Origin: an uncultured archaeon | Lineage (GTDB): Archaea > Nanobdellota > Nanobdellia > Woesearchaeales > UBA583 | DNA length: 20,301 nt | Direction of reading: 5' to 3' | Assembly: GCA_937138345.1 (NCBI GenBank) | Contig: CAKZOW010000036.1 | Location: 1-20,301, forward strand | Shown here: positions 7,694 to 13,903 of the stretch, piece after piece | Layout: each line of letters starts with the position of its first letter | How positions within the stretch are numbered: the first letter of the stretch is position 1 | The notes under the pieces: model-generated | What the model was told of the DNA's origin: nothing | What the model saw: only the letters and a program-made list of their open reading frames with translations | Database searches by the model: none | Made by a program: the position numbers and the translations under genes

Positions 7694-8242
7694 CTATCCT
7701 ATAAAATAAATTGCTGCCCCTATTAAAAGGAAAAAAGCAACAATACCTAGTAATTCTGAATCAATATAAAAGTTTTCAAACCAGGAAGTATCTTGTTCTT
7801 GATTAGTAATATCATCAACACCAGTATTAAATTCCGTATTTACATCATAGGGGTTTTGCTGGGGTTCATTTAAGTCATATGCATTATTGAGACCAAAAAA
7901 CCCTTTAAGCAAAATAATCAAAAAAATTAACCCAATTGCACCAAATACGACTTTTTTGTTAACCATCCCTTGTGCTTCAGAAATAGGAATTCCTAAAAAT
8001 ACTAGTAAAATCCCTATACAAAACACAATAATAAAAATAATCATAAACCAAGTAACAGCATAAGATACAACATATGTCAAAATACCTGTAAAAGAAACAA
8101 TTAATATTGATAAAAAAGAAATCAATGCCGCAACTTTATCATTACCCACAAAAGCCATTTTTTTCAATGTCATGTAAACAATTGCATAAAGCATAATTCC
8201 TACAATAATCATTTTCCAAAAATCACTAAATAAAAATTCCAT
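7694..8242 (-). CDS. Polytopic membrane protein (about 5-6 TM), function unknown
   Basis: The ORF track gives 7694-8302. I prefer the ATG at 8242 (MEFLFSDFWKMIIVGIMLYAIV..), which removes the overlap with the divergent gene and places the palindromic TATA 26 nt upstream. The protein has several long hydrophobic segments. Confidence 0.5.
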   Translation of the reverse strand: MEFLFSDFWKMIIVGIMLYAIVYMTLKKMAFVGNDKVAALISFLSILIVSFTGILTYVVSYAVTWFMIIFIIVFCIGILLVFLGIPISEAQGMVNKKVVFGAIGLIFLIILLKGFFGLNNAYDLNEPQQNPYDVNTEFNTGVDDITNQEQDTSWFENFYIDSELLGIVAFFLLIGAAIYFIG

Positions 8243-8260
8243 AGTAAATTCTTGCCACGT

Positions 8261-8274
8261 ATATTTATAAATAT
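8261..8274. promoter_or_regulatory. Perfectly palindromic TATA element ATATTTATAAATAT shared by two divergent genes
   Basis: The 14-bp perfect palindrome is centred at 8267/8268. That is ~26 nt from the minus-strand ATG (8242) and ~26 nt from the plus-strand ATG (8294). Confidence 0.45.
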
Positions 8275-8293
8275 TTCTTACTTTAAATTTACT

Positions 8294-8728
8294 ATGAAAC
8301 ATCTCTCAGGCAAAGATAAAAAAGAACTCAATACTAAGTTAAATCCAGAATATCAAGTCGATAAAAAAGAAGAAATTATTGAAACAAAGGAAGGTATTCT
8401 TCTAAAAGATAAAGTCCCATATCTTATTAAACTCGAAGATTCTAGTTACATTCCACATTTAAAATCAATTATTGAAAATACTTTCCCAACAATATATATT
8501 GACAATGGTGCGATTCCTTTTCTTCTCAAAGGTGCAGATATGATGAGACCAGGAATTGAAAAAATCGAAGGAGAATTCAAAGAAAATGAGATAGTTGCAA
8601 TTAAAAATTTAAATTATCCTAAAATAATAGGAGTTGGTAAAGCATTGCTAAACTCTCAAGAAATGAATTCCCAAGAAAAAGGTAAAAGTATTAAAGTACT
8701 ACATTACATAAAAGATCAATATTACTAA
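8294..8728 (+). CDS. PUA-domain RNA-binding protein (pre-PUA + PUA, MCT-1/Tma20-like archaeal family)
   Basis: I use the ATG at 8294 (MKHLSGKDKKEL..) rather than the track start at 8252. The PUA signature reads ..IYIDNGAIPFLLKGADMMRPGI..ENEIVAIKN..PKIIGVGKALLNSQEM....KGKSIKVLHYIKD. Confidence 0.7.
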   Translation: MKHLSGKDKKELNTKLNPEYQVDKKEEIIETKEGILLKDKVPYLIKLEDSSYIPHLKSIIENTFPTIYIDNGAIPFLLKGADMMRPGIEKIEGEFKENEIVAIKNLNYPKIIGVGKALLNSQEMNSQEKGKSIKVLHYIKDQYY

Positions 8729-9063
8729 CTACAATTAAGATTATATTTCTTTTCTAAATACTCTTTTTGTAGTTCCCATGAAAATAATAATGTTTCTTCA
8801 GCAATTCTTGTTACAAACTTAGAAAATTCTTCAGGATTAATAATATTTTTTTCTTTTGCCTTTTTCAAAGAAGCTTCTCTATAGTATTCAACGAGCTTTA
8901 ATCTTCTTTTAGGATCTGAGATTATTACTTCTCCACCTTCTGCTAATGCATACTTCGCATCAGCCAAATAAGAAGATAATTCAAAACGTTTTACAAGCAA
9001 ATCTAAAATTTTATGATCTAGAATTTCTAGCTCTTTTTTTACATTTAAAATTTCTGTAGGCAT
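8725..9063 (-). CDS. Chorismate mutase-like (AroQ-fold) small protein
   Basis: The 112-aa ORF aligns by eye with archaeal AroQ chorismate mutases. VKKELEILDHKILDLLVKRFELSSYLADAK matches IRKKIDEIDNKILKLIAER..L...V.EIK; SDPKRR matches NDPERE; ..LQKEYLE matches ..LQKQYLE. The first conserved Arg appears to be Lys. Confidence 0.5.
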   Translation of the reverse strand: MPTEILNVKKELEILDHKILDLLVKRFELSSYLADAKYALAEGGEVIISDPKRRLKLVEYYREASLKKAKEKNIINPEEFSKFVTRIAEETLLFSWELQKEYLEKKYNLNCS

Positions 9064-9084
9064 AAAAGTAAAAGTGTGACTCGA

Positions 9085-9093
9085 TTTATAAAA
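9085..9093 (-). promoter_or_regulatory. TATA box (TTTTATAAA on minus) for the chorismate-mutase-like gene
   Basis: Centred 26 nt upstream of the ATG at 9063. Confidence 0.4.
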
Positions 9094-9131
9094 TGAAAGG
9101 TTTTCTTTTTATAACATCCTAACAATAGATA

Positions 9132-9139
9132 TTTAAATA
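9132..9139 (+). promoter_or_regulatory. TATA box TTTAAATA for the 175-aa ORF/endA unit
   Basis: Centred ~24 nt upstream of the ATG at 9159. It has the same TTTAAATAC sequence as the element upstream of rpl7ae. Confidence 0.4.
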
Positions 9140-9158
9140 CCTAAGAATAATTAGTTCT

Positions 9159-9686
9159 ATGAAAAAAGAGCAAGTATTCAATTACATAGGTTCATTAGTA
9201 TTTGTAAGTATTATACTACTCTTTTTATTTTCTCTAGTTTTTATTAGTAGGTTTGCTCTTGATGACACATCAGGATTACAAGAATATGTAGAATCAACAA
9301 AAATTCTTTTAGAGGAAATTGATGAAGTGCAACAACAAGTATCAAATACCTCTTCAAATCCTACAAGAATTGATTTGAAAAATCTACATGTATTTGATAG
9401 TTCCTATGATATTGTCGATGGTTCATATAAAAACATAAGAGACGAAGGTGCATTTTTTACAATAAAATTTAATTCTACAATTACTGAAAATGAGAAGTAT
9501 TTTATTTTAGAAGTAGACAAAGAATTTGATTATGTGAAAGGACAAAGAATTATTTATCTAAATAATGAAGGAATTGTATTAGAAAATGAAGAAAATAGCT
9601 TAGAAGTATATGATTTAGAGACAGCTAGAATTGGGACTATCAACAAACAAGACATAGAAGGAGTGATTATTTATGAAAAGAATTAA
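9159..9686 (+). CDS. Hypothetical protein with a single N-terminal TM helix
   Basis: 175-aa ORF beginning MKKEQVFNYIGSLVFVSIILLFLFSLVFISRF.., followed by an acidic soluble part. It overlaps endA by 14 nt, so co-transcription is likely. No family recognised. Confidence 0.5.
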   Translation: MKKEQVFNYIGSLVFVSIILLFLFSLVFISRFALDDTSGLQEYVESTKILLEEIDEVQQQVSNTSSNPTRIDLKNLHVFDSSYDIVDGSYKNIRDEGAFFTIKFNSTITENEKYFILEVDKEFDYVKGQRIIYLNNEGIVLENEENSLEVYDLETARIGTINKQDIEGVIIYEKN

Positions 9687-10185
9687 TAAAGTAACATTTG
9701 TAAATAGACAATTTCAAATTGAGAGTGAAGCTGACTTTAAATCACTTCAAACAAGAGGATATGGATATCAATTAGGAAGTATATACTTACTATTTCCTTA
9801 TGAAGCTGCATATCTACTTGAAATTGGAAGAGTTGAAATTAAAAAGAAAAATAGTACATTAACAATTAGTGAAGTATTATCATTAAAAGAAATCAATACA
9901 TTAGAATATCAAGTATATAAAGATTTAAGATCCAAAGGATATTATTTAGGCTCAGGACTAAAGTTTGGTTGTGATTTTAGGGTCTATGAAAAAGGACATA
10001 AAAAAGATGAATCTCACTCAAAGTGGCTTGTAAAAATCGTCAAAGATTCTCAAAAACTCTCATTTAAAGATTTCGCATCAAATATTCGTGTAGGGCATTC
10101 TACTAACAAAAAAATGCTCTATGCAATTGTTGATTTTGAAGGATCAATTAGTTATTATGAAAGCGATTGGGTAAATATTGTATAA
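9673..10185 (+). CDS. endA: tRNA-splicing endonuclease (tRNA-intron lyase), short homotetramer-type subunit
   Basis: The segment ..YQVYKDLRSKGYYLGSGLKFGCDFRVYEKG...DESHSKWLVKIV......F...IRVGHSTNKKMLYAIVD..GSISYY aligns closely with Methanocaldococcus EndA (YLVYKDLRTRGYIVKTGLKYGADFRLYERG..KEHSVYLVKV..VRVAHSVRKKLLIAIVD). The catalytic Tyr, His and Lys are present. Confidence 0.9.
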   Translation: MKRINKVTFVNRQFQIESEADFKSLQTRGYGYQLGSIYLLFPYEAAYLLEIGRVEIKKKNSTLTISEVLSLKEINTLEYQVYKDLRSKGYYLGSGLKFGCDFRVYEKGHKKDESHSKWLVKIVKDSQKLSFKDFASNIRVGHSTNKKMLYAIVDFEGSISYYESDWVNIV

Positions 10186-10279
10186 AGCTTCATAATCTTT
10201 ATAAACAGCATCTGATTAATTTTACTAGAACTTCAATCAGTTGAGGTTTATGATACTATAACCTTCGTTAAAAATGGTA

Positions 10280-10328
10280 CTCTATTTTGATTACATCAAA
10301 ATGGAGCTCAAAAAAACTTAGTTTTTTT
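10280..10328 (+). terminator. Two hairpins plus a T7 tract downstream of endA (putative terminator or structured RNA)
   Basis: The first hairpin is 12 bp, CTCTATTTTGAT-tac-ATCAAAATGGAG (10280-10306, one G-U pair). It is followed by AAAAAAAC-tta-GTTTTTTT (10310-10328), which ends in a run of 7 T. Archaeal termination typically uses oligo-T. Confidence 0.35.
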
Positions 10329-10338
10329 GTTGCATTTT

Positions 10339-10346
10339 TTTAAATA
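10339..10346 (+). promoter_or_regulatory. TATA box TTTAAATA for the rpl7ae-rps28e-rpl24e operon
   Basis: Matches the consensus-like archaeal TATA (TTTAWATA) and is centred ~23 nt upstream of the ATG at 10365. Confidence 0.5.
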
Positions 10347-10364
10347 CGAAGTATTTTAAAAAAA

Positions 10365-10751
10365 ATGGTAGAAATCGATGAAAAACAAGCTTTTTCAATT
10401 ATTCAAAAAGCTAAAGAAACAGGAAAGATTAAAATCGGTGCTAATGAAGTAACAAAAGCACTTGAAAGAGGACAAGCTAAATTAGTTGTTGCTGCAAACG
10501 ATGTATCACCAGCTGAAATTGTTGCACACTTCCCAGGACTTTGTTCAGAAATGAATGTAGTTTACACACAAGCAGGATCAAAAGCAGAATTAGGATCACT
10601 AGTTCAAATCAAATCAACTACAGCATTAGCAGTTGTTGACGCTGGTTCAGCTAAAAAAGAATTAGACACATTAATTAAAGAATTAAGTGCTGATAACAAA
10701 GAAGAAGTTAAAGAAGAAGCTGCTCCTGCTGAAGAAACAAAAGAGGAATAA
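10365..10751 (+). CDS. rpl7ae: 50S ribosomal protein L7Ae (K-turn binding), with an acidic/Lys-rich C-terminal tail
   Basis: The segment ..KAKETGKIKIGANEVTKALERGQAKLVVAANDVSPAEIVAHFPGLCSEMNVVYTQAGSKAELGS.. matches the L7Ae core (..GKIKKGTNETTKAVERG.AKLV.IAEDV.P.EIVAHLP.LCEE.NVPY..V.SK..LG). Confidence 0.9.
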   Translation: MVEIDEKQAFSIIQKAKETGKIKIGANEVTKALERGQAKLVVAANDVSPAEIVAHFPGLCSEMNVVYTQAGSKAELGSLVQIKSTTALAVVDAGSAKKELDTLIKELSADNKEEVKEEAAPAEETKEE

Positions 10752-10755
10752 ACTC

Positions 10756-10773
10756 ATTCACAATTTTGTGAAT
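10756..10773 (+). other. Intercistronic inverted repeat ATTCACAA-tt-TTGTGAAT between rpl7ae and rps28e
   Basis: An 8-bp perfect inverted repeat within the 35-nt spacer. Its function is unknown. Confidence 0.25.
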
Positions 10774-10786
10774 AACATAATACAAA

Positions 10787-11038
10787 ATGGCTAAAAAAGA
10801 CAAAGGATTAGACTTTTCCGAGAGTATTCCTGGTATTGTTGAGAGTATTGTTGGTAATGCTTCAGCAAAAGGAGGAGTAACTCAAGTTAGAGTAAAAGTT
10901 CTTGCAGGAAGAGATGAAGGAAAAATCATCACTAGAAATGTTAGAGGTCCAATTAAAGTTAACGATGTGTTAATGATGACTGAAACAGAATACGAAGCAA
11001 GAAAAATTTTCAAAAAAACTAAAGGAGGAGCTAAATAA
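10787..11038 (+). CDS. rps28e: 30S ribosomal protein S28e
   Basis: The segment ..[45 protein letters not shown] matches the S28e signature (..EVTQVKVR.L.GRD.GR...RNVKGPVR.GDIL.L.ETEREAR.L). Confidence 0.9.
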   Translation: MAKKDKGLDFSESIPGIVESIVGNASAKGGVTQVRVKVLAGRDEGKIITRNVRGPIKVNDVLMMTETEYEARKIFKKTKGGAK

Positions 11039-11040
11039 AA

Positions 11041-11232
11041 ATGGCACCATGTAGTTTTTGTGGAAGTGAAGTTAAAAAAGGATCAGGAAAGTTATTTGTA
11101 AAAGATAATGGAACTGTACTTACATTTTGTTCATCAAAATGTGAAAAAAACATGTTAAAATTAGGAAGAGATGCTAGAAAACTTAAGTGGACAAACCACT
11201 TTGTTAAAGGAGAATCTCCTGCTAAAAAATAA
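11041..11232 (+). CDS. rpl24e: 50S ribosomal protein L24e (zinc-ribbon type)
   Basis: [51 protein letters not shown] is the typical L24e pattern CxxC...G.G..FV..DG....FCSSKC. GGAGG lies inside the end of rps28e, ~10 nt upstream of the ATG. Confidence 0.9.
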   Translation: MAPCSFCGSEVKKGSGKLFVKDNGTVLTFCSSKCEKNMLKLGRDARKLKWTNHFVKGESPAKK

Positions 11233-11258
11233 TTGACTAATTTAGTCAATACTTTTTT
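11233..11258 (+). terminator. Hairpin TTGACTAA-t-TTAGTCAA followed by a T6 tract, terminator of the r-protein operon
   Basis: An 8-bp inverted repeat starts immediately after the rpl24e stop. TTTTTT follows at 11253-11258. Confidence 0.45.
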
Positions 11259-11676
11259 CTAAAAATAAAAAATTACTCAAAAATTGTAATTATACTATCT
11301 TTGAGCTTAATTCTACGTCTGGAAGTAGGTCTTACTTTAACTTCACTAGTAAAGGGGTTTGTTGTAGAGAAAATCATTGTAAGTATATATGGTATTCAAA
11401 CTATTTAGATTTAATGATATTACTGGAAAAAACACTAAAAAAAGTGTTACTAATAAAATACAGCAAAGATGTTTTCATAACTCGTAGTAATCAAACTAAT
11501 ACAATTAAATTCTGTAAATAATTGATACTCTATAGCATTAGAGAAGTCAAAGGTCTATGAGTTTTGAGAATTTATAATATCCAAAACAATCAAAAAACAA
11601 GATTTTTTGACATACTTAATTTATCCATTGATAATTTTAAGTATTACATAAATCAAAGATTTATGAATATCACGTC

Positions 11677-13848
11677 TCATCCATTGATGATACGTAATAT
11701 TTCATCACCATACTTTGCAATTTTACTCTCACCAAGTCCAGTAATTTGATACATCTCCCCTTTATTTTGTGGCATAACTTTTGCAAGACCTTCAATTGCA
11801 GAATTAGATAATATCATATAGGCAGGAATTCCTCCCATAGACTTTGCTTTCTCAATTCTCCATTCTTTAAGCATTGTAGCCAAAACACTAGAATTACCGG
11901 TAGAAAGAGAAGAACATTTAGGTTTAGCATAAGAGAAAAGAGAAGTATTTTGTTCCTTAACTTTTGCATACTTTAACATAAATGAATTAATAAATTTTGA
12001 TTTATTTCCCGTGTAAGTAATTACTAATTTTGATTTTGCTCTAGAAAGTGCAACATAAAACAATCTCAATTCCTCATCATTTTTATTGTAATTGTCTGAT
12101 TGTTTTACTAAATCAAATACAAAGTTATCTTGTACTTTATTTGGAAAAGATAAAGAATTACAAGAAACTAAATAAACTTCCTCAGCCTCCATTCCCTTAA
12201 TAGAGTGTATTGTAGCTAACGTAACACCTTTTAGTTCTTTTGAATCTCTCCCACTAGACTCGTCTGTTTTTATAGTATATTCAATTCCTTGTTGATCAAA
12301 TAAATCAGCATAAGATTCTAAAACTTTATTTGTTCTTGCAAGTACAAATATCTCCTCCTTTGGAGTATTTGAATGTTTAATTGCCTCTAAAACAAATAAT
12401 TTCTCAATTTTTTCACTTTGCTGTTCAAATAAAAATATTTTATCATCTTCTGGATTCTCACTAGACTTCCCAGCAATCAAATTTGGTAATTTCATCTCTT
12501 TTATAGAATGATTAAAAAAATCAACTATTTTTGGGTCAGATCTATAATTTTGTTTTAAAGAAATAACTTGAGTATCCTTAAACATGTTTGGAAAAGTTAA
12601 AATATATTCAATCTCAGAACCCCTCCAACCATAAATTGCCTGTCTTGGATCTCCTACTGCAAAAATATTTGGTGCATTAAGATGTTTAATCAAATCTAGT
12701 TGAGGTAGATTAATATCTTGAAATTCATCAACTAAAATATATTCAAATGACGGTAGAGTATGTTTAAAATGAGAAAATAAAACATTACAATCTAAAATTT
12801 GATCTGTAAAATCTCTTAAACTCTTCTCTTTTAATTCTTTATGTAAACAAGTTACTATTGTATGAATAACTCCTGCAACTCTTTTTTTAGAAGGGTTTTT
12901 TTCTAAAGTATGAAACTCAGTAATAGATTCTACCTTATTTTTAAAATAATCTAAAATTGCAAAAATATCTCTAATAAATAGGAAGAATAATTCATCATTT
13001 GATCTCTCCCTTAATTGTTTTCTTGTAAAATAAATATCTTTAATATGATCAAAAAAGATACCTTGTTTTTGCATAATTGATCTAACAAGTGCAATTTTAT
13101 CCTTAAATGTAACAACCCTTGAGGGTTTTGAGTAAATTAATGAACCGTGTTTTTTTAATTGTTTTTCAGCAAATGAGTTAAAAGTCTCAACATAAACTGA
13201 AGTAATACCTAGCGATGCTAGACGTTTTGCCATTTCTTCTTTAGCTTTTTTAGTAAAAGTAATTGCTAAAATTTTTTCAGATTTAACTCCTCTAAATTTA
13301 GTTAAAAATTCAATTCTTTTTGTAAGAACAGTTGTTTTTCCAGAACCTGCTCCAGCTACACATAAAATACTTTGTTTGGGAGAAATAATTGCTTTTTTTT
13401 GTTCATCATTAAATGTATTTAAAAAAAAATCAAATTGTTTAAAGAGTACTCTATCTTCGGAAGTAATATCTTCACCATCAAGAAGATTAGTTTTGAGTTG
13501 AGAGTGATTTTTTGGTTTTTCTTCTTTGTATTCAAACTTTCTCTCAAATATTTCCTTAACTCCAAGACTTGTTCTTTGTAAGATTTTAAAATATCCTTTT
13601 TGAACTTCTTCTAAATATCCTGAAGAGATTAATTGATCAACTAAAGAAGAAATAAGAGGTACATCATGTTTAAATAAACATCCATAAGAATTATACTCAT
13701 CTAAATTATGTTTTTCAATTGTTGGGTTTAAATCTCCTTTAATATAAGTAATAAAAGTAACTTTTCCAAGCATAAATGGGAGGTCATCAAAAGCTTTCAA
13801 TAAAGGCAAATGTAGTTGAGAATAAGGATTTTCTTGAACTTGTTCCAT
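11677..13848 (-). CDS. SF1 UvrD/Rep-family DNA helicase with N-terminal RQC-like winged helix and C-terminal HRDC-like domain
   Basis: SF1 motifs are present: VAGAGSGKTTVLTKRI (Walker A/motif I), LVDEFQDIN (II), GDPRQAIYGWRG (III), QNYRS (IV), TIHSIKGMEAEEVYL (V) and YVALSRAKSKLVI (VI). The N-terminus, ..FMLGKVTFITYIKGD....I.KHNLDEYNSYGCL......LISSLVDQLISSGYLEE, follows the RecQ RQC pattern. The C-terminus, GIPAYMILSNSAIEGLAKVMPQNKGEMYQITGLGESKIAKYGDEIL, follows the HRDC pattern. Confidence 0.8.
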   Translation of the reverse strand: MEQVQENPYSQLHLPLLKAFDDLPFMLGKVTFITYIKGDLNPTIEKHNLDEYNSYGCLFKHDVPLISSLVDQLISSGYLEEVQKGYFKILQRTSLGVKEIFERKFEYKEEKPKNHSQLKTNLLDGEDITSEDRVLFKQFDFFLNTFNDEQKKAIISPKQSILCVAGAGSGKTTVLTKRIEFLTKFRGVKSEKILAITFTKKAKEEMAKRLASLGITSVYVETFNSFAEKQLKKHGSLIYSKPSRVVTFKDKIALVRSIMQKQGIFFDHIKDIYFTRKQLRERSNDELFFLFIRDIFAILDYFKNKVESITEFHTLEKNPSKKRVAGVIHTIVTCLHKELKEKSLRDFTDQILDCNVLFSHFKHTLPSFEYILVDEFQDINLPQLDLIKHLNAPNIFAVGDPRQAIYGWRGSEIEYILTFPNMFKDTQVISLKQNYRSDPKIVDFFNHSIKEMKLPNLIAGKSSENPEDDKIFLFEQQSEKIEKLFVLEAIKHSNTPKEEIFVLARTNKVLESYADLFDQQGIEYTIKTDESSGRDSKELKGVTLATIHSIKGMEAEEVYLVSCNSLSFPNKVQDNFVFDLVKQSDNYNKNDEELRLFYVALSRAKSKLVITYTGNKSKFINSFMLKYAKVKEQNTSLFSYAKPKCSSLSTGNSSVLATMLKEWRIEKAKSMGGIPAYMILSNSAIEGLAKVMPQNKGEMYQITGLGESKIAKYGDEILRIING

Positions 13849-13870
13849 AGTAAATTCTCTCGATTTTTCT

Positions 13871-13880
13871 TTTTAAATAT
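13871..13880 (-). promoter_or_regulatory. TATA box (ATATTTAAAA on minus) for the helicase gene
   Basis: Centred ~27 nt upstream of the ATG at 13848. Confidence 0.4.
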
Positions 13881-13903
13881 TTGGCATTAAAAAAGTAGAA
13901 TTA

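Noticed and set aside
8243-8302. Longer starts for the divergent pair, at 8302 for the membrane protein and 8252 for the PUA protein, which would make the two genes overlap head to head.
   Set aside because: The internal ATGs at 8242 and 8294 remove the overlap. They place the shared palindromic TATA at the same ~26-nt distance seen at the other genes.
10186-10364. C/D-box sRNA or tRNA in the endA-rpl7ae spacer (ATGATA at ~10250 and CTGA at 10212).
   Set aside because: The box-like strings are in the wrong order for a C...D arrangement on this strand. The C-like box is imperfect, no terminal stem was seen, and there is no T-loop (GTTCRANNC) or acceptor/anticodon arrangement for a tRNA.
11031-11249. 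ORF 11031-11249 (-, 72 aa).
   Set aside because: It is antisense to the clearly identifiable rpl24e gene.
11564-11749. ORF 11564-11749 (+, 61 aa).
   Set aside because: It starts with a non-ATG codon, overlaps the 3' end of the helicase gene on the other strand, and has a low-complexity translation. However, the upstream gap it sits in is flagged as a finding.
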